Source: Dehalococcoidia bacterium
GTDB lineage: Bacteria; Chloroflexota; Dehalococcoidia; Lucifugimonadales; VXLM01
Direction of reading: 5' to 3'
Assembly: GCA_965232435.1 (NCBI GenBank)
Contig: CBDDPU010000004.1
Span: 2,461,564 to 2,525,563 of the forward strand
DNA length: 64,000 bases
How positions within the stretch are numbered: position 1 is the first letter of the stretch; every line of letters starts with the position of its first letter. The notes beneath the pieces are model-generated. The model made no database searches, was not told the origin of the DNA, and saw only the letters and a program-made list of their open reading frames with translations. This document shows, one piece after another, positions 48,346-58,059 of the stretch. The position numbers and the translations under genes were made by a program.

Positions 48346-49344
48346 TCAACTGCGACGAGCTACCACGTAGTCCACCATCGCCTCAAGTGAGTCACGAAAT
48401 CGGTTCTTCGGCAACTCCATGATCGAAGCGCGTGCCGAACCACAGTACTCTTCGGCGACGGCGTAAGAATCGGCGATGACCTCTGAGGCGCCAATTAACT
48501 CCATGGCGGATTCCAGCAAGCCGCAATCCGTCGGGTTGGCAAAGTAGTCGCGAATCGCCGTCGATTTCGGCCACCGCTCAAGAGCCATTATCATCGGGAG
48601 CGTTAACACTCCATGACGAAGATCGTTGCCCACTGGCTTCCCGATCTCGTCCGTCAGGCCCTCCACGTCCAAAATGTCATCCACGATCTGAAAAGCCATG
48701 CCAAGCGAGTAACCGTAGTCCCGAAGCAGCTTGACTGTCGAATCCGGGGCCCCATTAAGTACGGCCCCGGATTCGGTCGCCGTAGTAAAGAGCGACGCGG
48801 TCTTCTCATAGATGCGCGTGAAGTACTGATCCCGAGACTGCGCCGCGTCGTATCTGACGACCATCTCTTCCAACTCGCCGCTTGAGAGCTCCTTAATCGT
48901 CTCGGCAAACCTGCGAATGACCCGAATGTTGCCCGTATCGCACACATAGGTAGCCGAAGTGGCGAACAAGTAGTCGCCAAGCACAACTGCCGCATTCCCG
49001 CCCCATATCTTGCTGACCGTAGCTCGCCCACGGCGAACCTCCGATTGATCGACCGTGTCATCGTGAATCAGCGATGCGATATGAAGAAGCTCTACTGCGG
49101 TCGCCATCGTCTCGGCGTGTCTGCCGTCATTGGGATGAAATCCCGCCGCCAGAAGAGTAAGAGTGGGCCGAATACGCTTCCCCTTCGTCTCCAGCGCATG
49201 ATCGAGCAGCTGCGCAAGGAACGGGGACTTGTGCTTCACCATGTCACGCAAGGACGTCTTTACCCGCTCAATCCCCTCCACAACCGGAGATTGAATATAC
49301 GAGAGCGATTCACTCGGTGATTTGGAACTGTTCACGCCTTGCAC
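48346..49344 (-). CDS. Polyprenyl diphosphate synthase
   Basis: GKRIRP, ASLIHDDTVD (FARM), RRG, KTASLF, AFQIVDDILD (SARM), GKPVGNDL. Exact start uncertain. Confidence 0.93.
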   Translation of the reverse strand: MQGVNSSKSPSESLSYIQSPVVEGIERVKTSLRDMVKHKSPFLAQLLDHALETKGKRIRPTLTLLAAGFHPNDGRHAETMATAVELLHIASLIHDDTVDQSEVRRGRATVSKIWGGNAAVVLGDYLFATSATYVCDTGNIRVIRRFAETIKELSSGELEEMVVRYDAAQSRDQYFTRIYEKTASLFTTATESGAVLNGAPDSTVKLLRDYGYSLGMAFQIVDDILDVEGLTDEIGKPVGNDLRHGVLTLPMIMALERWPKSTAIRDYFANPTDCGLLESAMELIGASEVIADSYAVAEEYCGSARASIMELPKNRFRDSLEAMVDYVVARRS

Positions 49345-49486
49345 CCCGCAAATCGCGCCGGCGGAGCAATACCGGAAGACGAACTCCGAAATGCGACACG
49401 CAGTGCCCTGGGGGAAGCAGCCGGCGCGGAAACGTGTGGCAATGAACGGAGCAACAGTCTGCGGACTGCCGAACTGCGAAGGGAGA

Positions 49487-51166
49487 TCACTTTTGACGGC
49501 ATATCCGCTCGGTTTCCTGCTCGGCGATGGCTTCGTCCAACTTTTCGAATAGCGGCTTGGGCTTCTCTAATCGCTGGCCGGCCCCCAAATCGGTAGGCGA
49601 CCATTCCCACCCCTCCTCCGCGACAGATCCGCTAAACCCCAGCATGTCATGCAGCTTCCCACAACTGAACGGCAGGAATGGGTACAGCGCCTTCTTGAGG
49701 CAGTTGATAACCGTCATGGCCGTCCACAGCGTTGTTGCAGTCGCAATCCTGTCGGTTTTAGCCGTCTGCCATGGAGCTCTTCGGTCAAGATATCGGTTCG
49801 CAGCCTGGGCCAAAGCCATCGCGCCATCCATCAGGGCCGCCCGGAACTTACACGCGGCGAGGTTCTCCCCCACCTGCTGAAAACGACGTTCGGCCTCTTC
49901 AATCAGCGTTTGCGAATCGGAGTCGAGGCGGCCCGGGGTTGGCACTGCGCCGTCGAAGTTTCTATAGGACATCGTGAGAACACGGTGCACGAGGTTCCCG
50001 AATGTCGCGACCAATTCGTCGTTATTCCGCCGCACGTACTCCGCCCAGGAAAAGTCCGAGTCGCTCGTTTCCGGCATCCCTGCGGCAATCACGTATCGCA
50101 AAGGGTCAGGCTCGTACCGTTCAAGATAGTCGGGCAGCCATACGGCCCAGGAACGACTCGTCGACAGCTTCATGCCCTCAAGGTTCATATACTCGTTCGC
50201 CGGAACGTCATAGGGCAGATTCAGCCCCCCGTAGCCGAGCAGCATGGCAGGCCAGATCACGGTATGAAAAGGGATATTGTCCTTACCCATGAAATAATAG
50301 GACCGAGCCTCGTCGCGCTGCCAAAAGTCCTTCCATCGATCAGGTTCGTCGCGGCGAAACGCCCACTCTTTGGAAGCTGAGAGGTAGCCGATGACTGCCT
50401 CGAACCAAACATAGATGCGCTTGCCGTCGTACCCCTCCAGCGGGACGGGAATGCCCCATTCGATGTCACGAGTGATTGGCCGATCCTGCAGCCCGCCTTC
50501 AAGATAGCCGATAGAGAAGTTCCGGACGTTCGGACGCCAATGATCCTTCGGCCCAATCCACTCCAGCAGTTCGTCCTCGAAAGCCGTGAGCTTCAGAAAA
50601 AAATGTTCCGTTTCCTTGAAGACGGGAACGTCGCCGCTGAGGCGGCTGCGAATGTCGATGAGCTCCTGCGCGTCGAGCGTACGCCCGCAATCGTCGCATT
50701 GGTCGCCGCGCGCTCCGTCGAAGCCGCAATGCGGACATGTCCCTTCGACGTACCTATCCGCCAAAAAACGCCCGTCCGCCTCGCTGTACGGTTGAAGCAT
50801 CGTCTTGGTGTAGAGATAGTCGTTTTCGTAAAGCCGACGAAAGATGTCCTGGGCAACCTCGCTGTGGTTCTCAGTGTGTGTGGAAGTGAATAGGTCGAAG
50901 CTTATGCCCAGCCGTTCCCAGCAATCGAGAAATTCGGCGTGGTACTGTCGGAAGACTTCCTCAGGGGTGATGCCGCGCTTTTCCGCTTCGAGCGTAACGG
51001 GCGTCCCGTGGGAATCGCTCCCCGAAACCATGAGGACATCATTGCCCTTCAACCGATGGTATCGGGCGAATATATCCGCCGGAACATATGCGCCCGCAGT
51101 CTGGCCTATGTGTATCGAACCGTTGGCGTACGGCCAAGCCACGGCAACGAGGATGCGCTCGGACAT
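49487..51166 (-). CDS. metG: Methionine--tRNA ligase
   Basis: Start MSERILVAVAWPYANGSIHIGQ. Zn knuckle, YVWFEA, GKDNIPFH, KLSTS. Confidence 0.96.
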   Translation of the reverse strand: MSERILVAVAWPYANGSIHIGQTAGAYVPADIFARYHRLKGNDVLMVSGSDSHGTPVTLEAEKRGITPEEVFRQYHAEFLDCWERLGISFDLFTSTHTENHSEVAQDIFRRLYENDYLYTKTMLQPYSEADGRFLADRYVEGTCPHCGFDGARGDQCDDCGRTLDAQELIDIRSRLSGDVPVFKETEHFFLKLTAFEDELLEWIGPKDHWRPNVRNFSIGYLEGGLQDRPITRDIEWGIPVPLEGYDGKRIYVWFEAVIGYLSASKEWAFRRDEPDRWKDFWQRDEARSYYFMGKDNIPFHTVIWPAMLLGYGGLNLPYDVPANEYMNLEGMKLSTSRSWAVWLPDYLERYEPDPLRYVIAAGMPETSDSDFSWAEYVRRNNDELVATFGNLVHRVLTMSYRNFDGAVPTPGRLDSDSQTLIEEAERRFQQVGENLAACKFRAALMDGAMALAQAANRYLDRRAPWQTAKTDRIATATTLWTAMTVINCLKKALYPFLPFSCGKLHDMLGFSGSVAEEGWEWSPTDLGAGQRLEKPKPLFEKLDEAIAEQETERICRQK

Positions 51167-51251
51167 TGTCTGCTCGAAAGGATGAACTCTATAGATGGTA
51201 CCACAAAGGCCCCGTTCACTCGCTTGCTGCACACAACGCAGGCGGCGGGCA

Positions 51252-52094
51252 TCACTCGCCTGAACTCAACTCCTCTCCCTTGATTTCGACCCAAAGACGA
51301 TACAACTCGTTCTTTGAAAGGCCGGACGATGAAGCAGACGCAATCGCATCCTTGGCCGTTCGTCCCCGCTTGAATTCTTCAAGTAAAATCCGCCGCGCCC
51401 GCTCGATGAGCGCGGCATCCGAATCAAGAGTGACATCCGCTCCCTGAACGATTAACGTGAACTCACCTCTAGGCTCGACAAAGTGGTTAATAGCGCCTGA
51501 AACCGTGCCGCGAAACACTTCCTCATGCAGCTTGGTCAGTTCACGGCATACGACGACTTGCCGGTCGCCAAGTCGGTCTCCGATATCGGATAGGGTCTCC
51601 GCGAGGCGGTGAGGAGCCTCGAATGCCACCCAGGCGCGACGTTCATCCGCAAGTGACTCTATCAGCCTGCCTCTTGGCCCGCCGCGCCTCGGCAGAAAAC
51701 CGAGGTAAACGAACTGATCGACCCCGATACCCGCCACGCTCAGGGCCGCCGTCATGGACGAAGGCCCCGGAATCGGGACGACATCATGCCCCGCCTCGTC
51801 CGCCGCGGATACCAATTCCGCGCCAGGATCGCTGATGCCCGGCGTTCCCGCGTCCGAGACAAGAGCTACGTCACCCTGTGTCAGTGCATTCAAGATCATC
51901 GGCAGCTTCGAAACTCTGTTACGGTCATGATAGCTGGTGCACGGAGTGCTAATCTCGTAGTGAGACAGAATTTTTCGCGTTGTCCGAGTATCTTCGGCGG
52001 CAATGAGAGACACATAGCGCAATACCCGCAGACCGCGCAGCGTCACGTCCTCCAAATTGCCAATTGGAGTTGCTACGATGTACAACGTTGACAC
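51252..52094 (-). CDS. rsmI: 16S rRNA (cytidine1402-2'-O)-methyltransferase
   Basis: LYIVATPIGNLED, AEDTR, SDAGTPGISDPG, RELTKLHEE. Confidence 0.96.
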   Translation of the reverse strand: MSTLYIVATPIGNLEDVTLRGLRVLRYVSLIAAEDTRTTRKILSHYEISTPCTSYHDRNRVSKLPMILNALTQGDVALVSDAGTPGISDPGAELVSAADEAGHDVVPIPGPSSMTAALSVAGIGVDQFVYLGFLPRRGGPRGRLIESLADERRAWVAFEAPHRLAETLSDIGDRLGDRQVVVCRELTKLHEEVFRGTVSGAINHFVEPRGEFTLIVQGADVTLDSDAALIERARRILLEEFKRGRTAKDAIASASSSGLSKNELYRLWVEIKGEELSSGE

Positions 52095-52151
52095 AATACC
52101 GCCCTGCGATTAACGTTCATTTCGCCGCGCTATGTGAACTGGGAGCTTAAC

Positions 52152-53012
52152 ATGACCGACTTGTCCATCGACCACGTCCTGATTGCCGTTCGCAGCCTCG
52201 ACGCCGCTAAGGATACCTTCGAGAAGCTGGGATTCAAAGTGACGCCGGAAGGCAGACATCCAGGAAGGGGAACCGGCAATCGCCTCGTGGTCTTCGGTGA
52301 AGAGTACCTCGAGCTAATCTCCGTCCACGACCCCGACGGAAACCTCTTTCGCCCAAACCTTCCCAAGTTTCTCGATGACCGAGAGGGGCTGTTCATCTTC
52401 TCAATGGGAACTGGAGACATCCGGGAGAGTGTGCGGAGAGTCCGCCGCGTCGGGATGAGGATCGCCGACCCGGTGAAGGGCTCGCGCCAAGCGTCCGACG
52501 GTACCACGGCATACTCGTGGACACAGGCGGAATTGGCGCCGCGCGAATTACCCGGCAGCCAAACGTTTTTCATCCAGCATGACCACACTATCGCCGAACG
52601 GTACACCGAACCGCCGGACCCGACAAATCACCCGAACGGCGCGCTCGGCATATCATCCCTTTCGCTCGCGGTCAAAGATGCCGACGGCGCGGCGCGACGC
52701 TGGACCGAGGCTCTCGGACTGGATCGAGTGATGGAAGAAATCAGCTTTTCGAGCGCCCCGAAGCGCGTTCGACTGCAATTCACCAACTGCACCCTGAATT
52801 TCCGTCAGCCGGAAGAACGAGACACGCTGACGGAGTTCATCGAAACATGGGGTGAAGGCCCATGCCAAATCGCATTCGCGTGCCACAACCTCGACGACAC
52901 CGAATCTCTTCTCCGAAAAAATGGAGTTGAAGGAATAGACCGCCGAAAAGATTCTCTGACCGTTCCGTCCGAAGCGGCCCAGGGCGTCCACATGTCATTC
53001 CGGCAGTCCTAA
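52152..53012 (+). CDS. VOC family (Glyoxalase_3-like) two-domain protein
   Basis: IDHVLIAV, GRHPGRGTGNRL, YLEL, HPNGALGI. Confidence 0.88.
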   Translation: MTDLSIDHVLIAVRSLDAAKDTFEKLGFKVTPEGRHPGRGTGNRLVVFGEEYLELISVHDPDGNLFRPNLPKFLDDREGLFIFSMGTGDIRESVRRVRRVGMRIADPVKGSRQASDGTTAYSWTQAELAPRELPGSQTFFIQHDHTIAERYTEPPDPTNHPNGALGISSLSLAVKDADGAARRWTEALGLDRVMEEISFSSAPKRVRLQFTNCTLNFRQPEERDTLTEFIETWGEGPCQIAFACHNLDDTESLLRKNGVEGIDRRKDSLTVPSEAAQGVHMSFRQS

Positions 53013-53017
53013 AAAGA

Positions 53018-53965
53018 TTACTTCCGGAAAATAACGTTGCCCTCTCGCCGCCAACTCCGTGCAAGATGAGGCATCGCGTCCAACAGACCCTGGAGATTTT
53101 TGTACTCCGACACGTTCAGCTTATCGGCGCCGAGCACTTTCGCCGCGCCACCGGCGGCAATGGGGCCTGGTATGGATTCGCCGCGAGATGATGCGCGCTT
53201 TGCCCATTCCGCATCGATCCTCGAAGCCGTTGATTCCTGCTTTCGAACCCCACCGTTTTGCCTGCCCCGAGGCAGTTCTATCACAACATCTCCCGGCCCC
53301 GTGGGACGAGTCACTTCCACCTCGTCCAAAGATTCGAGAAAAGCCGTGAAGCTCTTAAATCCTCTCGTCCTAAAATCGAAACTAGGATCAAGCCTCTGCA
53401 TTGTCTCATGCAGCCGACTTCCCATAACCTTCCCGTCGGTATCCATGCTCGCGTGAATCGCCCTCACGAGCAAGCTGCCTCGCGGTTGTCCATATGGCTG
53501 CGGCGCTGCGGCTTCATCATCACTCTGCCTGTCAAGGTAGTAATACCGGTCGCAGGCTTTGACCAGCGTGGCCGAAGTGGACTTCTCACGTCCCGCGCCC
53601 ACGACCATCTTCCCCGAAGATCGGAGCTTGTTGACGAGCGGCACGAAATCGGCGTCGCCCGACACAATGACGAATGTATCGACCGGTGACGAGTACAGCA
53701 GGTCGATAGCGTCTATAACCAACCTGATGTCGCTCGCATTCTTCCCGGAACTCGACGCCTGAAAGACATGAACCGGTTCGATGCCAAACTCCAACAGCCG
53801 GTCGCGTACCTTCCCGCCTTTCGACCAATCCGCGTAAGCCCGACGAATCAGAATCCGTCCCAAATTGGAGACCTGGTCCAACAACCACTCGACCGAACCC
53901 AATCCAATGTTCTCGTCATCGATAAGCACCGCCACCTGACGATCACCCGACAACTGACTCTCCAT
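53018..53965 (-). CDS. NYN (LabA/DUF88) domain protein with OST-HTH/LOTUS domain
   Basis: VLIDDEN, RRAYADW, GKNASDIRLVIDA, VSGDADF, ACDRY, LDPSFDFRTRGFKSF. Confidence 0.9.
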   Translation of the reverse strand: MESQLSGDRQVAVLIDDENIGLGSVEWLLDQVSNLGRILIRRAYADWSKGGKVRDRLLEFGIEPVHVFQASSSGKNASDIRLVIDAIDLLYSSPVDTFVIVSGDADFVPLVNKLRSSGKMVVGAGREKSTSATLVKACDRYYYLDRQSDDEAAAPQPYGQPRGSLLVRAIHASMDTDGKVMGSRLHETMQRLDPSFDFRTRGFKSFTAFLESLDEVEVTRPTGPGDVVIELPRGRQNGGVRKQESTASRIDAEWAKRASSRGESIPGPIAAGGAAKVLGADKLNVSEYKNLQGLLDAMPHLARSWRREGNVIFRK

Positions 53966-53975
53966 CACTGCTGCA

Positions 53976-54599
53976 TCACCCCTGCTCTACCGTCAATTCC
54001 CGACCGGAAACCAACTCGTTCTCAGGAAAGCCTACAATAAGCTCATTGCGAAATTCGACCGTTGCAGGATGCAACAAATCCCCTCGTTCTATCCTTAGGA
54101 CGATCTGCCGGTTGACATACTCCAACAGCGCCATGTCTAGATTGACGCTCGCCAGCCGGAGCACCTCGTTGAGTTCGGGGCGGCGGCGTACCTTGTTCGG
54201 CTCCAGTTTGTCCGCCAAGAATACGACCTTTGAAACGTCACTCATCCCGTTCTTGCCGGTCGTGTGGTAACGGACGGCTTCAATGACCCGCGCATCGAGA
54301 ATCTCTCCGTCTCGCTCCAACCACGTCGCCGCTATAGGGCCGTGCAGAATGATCGGCGCTCGACGTTCCATCAAGTGCACCGGTACTTCTAATCGCGCAG
54401 CCTCATCGAGCAAGTCGCCCGGTTCCATATGACGAGCGAGGTCGTGGCAAGCAGCCCCGAGTTCGCTTGCGTCGGGGTCTACGCCATGTCGCTCCGCCAA
54501 ATCCCGGGCCAATTCCCGCACCCGCGACAAATGGGCGGACAATGACGAGGGAAGCGAATCCATACGCTCGGCGACTCCACCAGGCAGAGTAATCATCAC
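53976..54599 (-). CDS. yqeK: HD-domain symmetrical Ap4A hydrolase (YqeK-like)
   Basis: HLSRV, CHDLAR, ILHG, AVRYHTTG, FLADKLEP. Confidence 0.85.
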   Translation of the reverse strand: MMITLPGGVAERMDSLPSSLSAHLSRVRELARDLAERHGVDPDASELGAACHDLARHMEPGDLLDEAARLEVPVHLMERRAPIILHGPIAATWLERDGEILDARVIEAVRYHTTGKNGMSDVSKVVFLADKLEPNKVRRRPELNEVLRLASVNLDMALLEYVNRQIVLRIERGDLLHPATVEFRNELIVGFPENELVSGRELTVEQG

Positions 54600-54611
54600 A
54601 CGTCCCCGCTA

Positions 54612-54953
54612 TCACCAACGACCGAGATGCTTGCCTCCCACGATGTGCATATGCAAATGCGGCACTTCCTGGCCGCCGTCGTCGCCCTGATTGATGATGA
54701 GCCGATAGCCGCGATCGGCGACACCTTCGCTTTGAACTGCCTCCTTCGCCGCGCTGAACATAGCCGCGACTATCGAGAGATCTTCAGAAGGTAGTTCAGT
54801 GATTCTCTCGATGTGCGTCGTGGGAATCGCTAACAGATGCACAGGAGCCCGCGGAGCGATATCTCGAATGACGAACGCATCGTCGTCCCGGTGCACGAAA
54901 TCGCCAGGTATCTCACCGTCGTTGATCTTACAGAATATGCAGTCGTTTGCCAT
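54612..54953 (-). CDS. HIT family nucleotide-binding protein
   Basis: DCIFCKI, DIAPRAPVH, GQEVPHLHMHIVGG. Confidence 0.95.
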   Translation of the reverse strand: MANDCIFCKINDGEIPGDFVHRDDDAFVIRDIAPRAPVHLLAIPTTHIERITELPSEDLSIVAAMFSAAKEAVQSEGVADRGYRLIINQGDDGGQEVPHLHMHIVGGKHLGRW

Positions 54954-54986
54954 CTTGCCCTCTCTTGCTCCGATGGTCCGCCGGCG

Positions 54987-55523
54987 TTATCCGCCGAGCA
55001 GGAACGGTTCCAAAATTATGACCGGGAGCATCGCCAGCGCAATGATTATCGTCACGCGAGTGTACGACGGTCGACCGAGTGCAATGTGTGTCGAGACGGC
55101 CATTGCGGCGAACATCCAACTAATTGAAAGAAACTGGATGATGCGTCCCATGGGGAACGGCAGTACGGCGATAACCAGGAAAATCTGGAAGATACGGGGA
55201 GCCATCGAGTACCCGATGCCACGCGCCAAGGGAGCAAAGGCGGTCGGCGCCGCATCTTCTTTCGCAAAAAATGTCGTGGCCAGCCAATAGATGAGAAACG
55301 CTGCAACAATCCACCACGCGATGAAGGCAAAGGGCACAACCAAGGTGGTAAACCACCCACCGGGAATCTGGTTCGCAAGCGGCAAGGAAGAAATATACAC
55401 AACCGCAATGGCATGGTACGTAGCGCGAGGATCGGCGTGTATCTCAGCGATAGTTGCACGGTCGAGCCGCATCACGCCGGCTACCCGCAAATAGACGGTC
55501 TTTATTTCGTTCCAGATCAGCAC
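54987..55523 (-). CDS. Yip1-like membrane protein
   Basis: About five TM helices, with EIHADPRAT and ARGIGYSMAP motifs. Confidence 0.7.
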   Translation of the reverse strand: MLIWNEIKTVYLRVAGVMRLDRATIAEIHADPRATYHAIAVVYISSLPLANQIPGGWFTTLVVPFAFIAWWIVAAFLIYWLATTFFAKEDAAPTAFAPLARGIGYSMAPRIFQIFLVIAVLPFPMGRIIQFLSISWMFAAMAVSTHIALGRPSYTRVTIIIALAMLPVIILEPFLLGG

Positions 55524-55566
55524 GCCGCGAGCGCGGACTCTAGACCCGCCGAGCGCAGAATCGGCT

Positions 55567-55956
55567 CTACCGCCACTTCAGTAACTCGATCCGACTGCCC
55601 TCCGGCGCTTTGATGAACGCGATCACCGGCCCGCCCGGAACGTCTACCGGCCCTTCCATGAGCTCCGCGCCCAAACCCCTCAGCCGATCTACCTCCCCCG
55701 CCACATCATCCACCGCTATGCCGAAATGTTCCAACCCATAGTGAGCGCCGGCGTCACTTGGCCCCATCTTCTCCTCGTTCCGTGCCCCGGAAATGTTCAC
55801 CACCACGCCATCTTCCGTCTCGCACCGGATGAATCGGTCACCCCACGGACGCACTGCGTCGCTCGTAATCTTGAAATTGAACGCCTTGACATACCAGTCC
55901 GCCGCCAAACCGGGATCGCTGGACTTCAAATGCACATGATCAAACGAATAACCCAT
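55567..55956 (-). CDS. VOC/glyoxalase family protein
   Basis: FDHVHL, GLEHFGIAVDD, AFIKAPEGSRIELL. Confidence 0.9.
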   Translation of the reverse strand: MGYSFDHVHLKSSDPGLAADWYVKAFNFKITSDAVRPWGDRFIRCETEDGVVVNISGARNEEKMGPSDAGAHYGLEHFGIAVDDVAGEVDRLRGLGAELMEGPVDVPGGPVIAFIKAPEGSRIELLKWR

Positions 55957-56128
55957 CGCCTGAAATATCCTCCTCCATTACTACCTCGTACTGGCGTTCA
56001 GCCTATGGTATACACTCTCCCCTGTCAAGCAACCGCGCCGACCCGCCGAGTCGCTCATCGCTCCCTTTACGGCAGGGCTTGCGCGCATGTACGCTTGAAA
56101 CACATACCAAATCTTGGAGAGGACGGCA

Positions 56129-57223
56129 ATGAAGACCTACCGCGCCGCGCTGATCGGATGCAGTCGAATGGGCGCATTCATCGACAATGAACAGCGAGGA
56201 GCATCGCGCTTCCGTCAGCCCTACTCCCATGCGGCGGGATTCGAAGCGTGCGACAGAACGGAACTCATCGCTTGCTCCGACCTCCGCGCAGACGTGCTCG
56301 GCCAGGCGGGAAAACGTTACGGCGTCCCCCCCGAAAGACTCTACGCCGACTATCGAGAATTGATCGACAAGGAGCAGCCCGATATCGTCAGTGTGGCCAC
56401 CCAACCGGAACAGCGCGCCGAAATCGTCATCTATGCCGCAGAACACGGCGTGAAGGCAGTCTACGCCGAAAAGGCCATGGCGGCTTCCATGAACGACGCC
56501 CGGTCCATGGTGGAAGCCGTGGAGCGGAACAACGTCGTCTTCAACTTGGGCACTAACAGGCGCTGGGAAACCGTCTACGACACTATGAAGGCCCTTGTCG
56601 ACGAGGGAAGTATCGGCGACCTGCAATCGATCATAATCTACGGCAACGGCCACCTCTTCAATACGGCAAGTCACACGCTCGACCTGGCACTCAGGCTGTG
56701 CGGAGACTCCCCCGCGCATTGGGTACAGGGAAATCTCCCTCTGTCCGACTCCGTTTTCGACGGCGACACCCTGACGGACGATCCCCTCGGCGAAGGTATC
56801 ATAGAAATGGAGAACGGCGTGAGAATCTACGCCCTGCTCAGTCACCAGTCCAGCGAGTTTGAGGCGGTCGGAACGAAGGGACGAATCAAATCGATCCGAG
56901 ACGGGCGCGAGTGGGACTTTCGGATCTCCGATCCGACGGAAGCCAACCCACAATCACTTACACTCCGGCGATCATTCCCCGATGTGCCGCATCGCAGCTC
57001 CACCCTCCGCCTGATCGAAGACATTGTCCACTCGCTGGATACGGGCGAACCGACCAAAGGAGGCGTTCGCGTGGCCTACGCCAGCACGGAATTGATCTTC
57101 GGATTCATCGAGTCACACCGGCGCGACGGCGTGAGAGTGCCAATCCCCTTGACGGAATCCAACACGCGCTTGGACAGAAACAAACCGGCGAGACAGCCGC
57201 TGTTCAAACCGCGGGAAGGCTAA
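56129..57223 (+). CDS. Gfo/Idh/MocA family oxidoreductase
   Basis: AALIGCSRMG, PDIVSVAT, YAEKAMA, SHTLDL. Confidence 0.9.
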   Translation: MKTYRAALIGCSRMGAFIDNEQRGASRFRQPYSHAAGFEACDRTELIACSDLRADVLGQAGKRYGVPPERLYADYRELIDKEQPDIVSVATQPEQRAEIVIYAAEHGVKAVYAEKAMAASMNDARSMVEAVERNNVVFNLGTNRRWETVYDTMKALVDEGSIGDLQSIIIYGNGHLFNTASHTLDLALRLCGDSPAHWVQGNLPLSDSVFDGDTLTDDPLGEGIIEMENGVRIYALLSHQSSEFEAVGTKGRIKSIRDGREWDFRISDPTEANPQSLTLRRSFPDVPHRSSTLRLIEDIVHSLDTGEPTKGGVRVAYASTELIFGFIESHRRDGVRVPIPLTESNTRLDRNKPARQPLFKPREG

Positions 57224-57265
57224 CAAGCTCCCTCTCCACCGCCAAACAGACTTTCGCCACACACC

Positions 57266-57329
57266 CCGTTCGTGGTGAGCCTGTCGAACCACACGCCACG
57301 CCGTCATTCCCGCGAACGGGGGAATCCAG
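57266..57329. repeat. Two adjacent palindromic repeats between convergent genes
   Basis: CCGTTCGTGGTGAGCCTGTCGAACCAC followed by CCGTCATTCCCGCGAACGGGGGAATCCAG. Confidence 0.7.
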
Positions 57330-57405
57330 CAACGATGAGCACAGCCCCAACTACTGCCCACAATTCACGGCGGTGAGCGCGACCATACCGGATTCCAGGC
57401 TCCGA

Positions 57406-58059
57406 TTACGCCGCCCTGACGGCCTCGGCGAAGGCGCGGATCTTTGCATGGTCTTTGACTCCGTCCGTCTCCACGCCGGAAGAGACATCGACCATCCACG
57501 GGTTAACCTGCCGGATGGCCGCCGCAACGTTGTCCGGGGTCAGCCCCCCGGCCAGAACCACGTCATAATCCCGGGATAAACGGGCGGCGATGTCCCAGTC
57601 GAATGAGTGGCCGGTGCCTCCGAATGCGCCTTCCTTGTAGGAATCGAGTTGAGGGATATTGCCGCGTGATACGACTTCTTGTACCTGAACAAGCGCGGCG
57701 TCAATGGTTTCCTCCCGCGAACCGAGAGTCTTCACTTTCGTCTGTCTGATGACTCTTGCCCTGACCTGTTCCCAGTAGTCCGGCTTTTCCGAGCCGCAAA
57801 GCTGCGCGTATTCAAGGCCACACGCCTCAAGGATCACGTTCACCTCGACGATATCCTGATCGGCGAACAATCCTACGAGGCCGGGACGATCCTCACCTAA
57901 TTCATCCGCCACCCGAGAAATGATCGTCCTCCCCTCATCCGGCGTGAGTTGTCGGCGCACACCGGGCACGAACGCAAATCCCAAGAAATCGGCTCCGGCA
58001 GCGGCAGCCGTCAAAGCCGAGTCGATGTCACGCAGTCCGCATATCTTAAATCGTGTCAT
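57406..58059 (-). CDS. trpF: Phosphoribosylanthranilate isomerase
   Basis: KICGLR, GGTGHSFDW, LAGGLTPDNV, VDVSSGVE. Confidence 0.96.
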   Translation of the reverse strand: MTRFKICGLRDIDSALTAAAAGADFLGFAFVPGVRRQLTPDEGRTIISRVADELGEDRPGLVGLFADQDIVEVNVILEACGLEYAQLCGSEKPDYWEQVRARVIRQTKVKTLGSREETIDAALVQVQEVVSRGNIPQLDSYKEGAFGGTGHSFDWDIAARLSRDYDVVLAGGLTPDNVAAAIRQVNPWMVDVSSGVETDGVKDHAKIRAFAEAVRAA

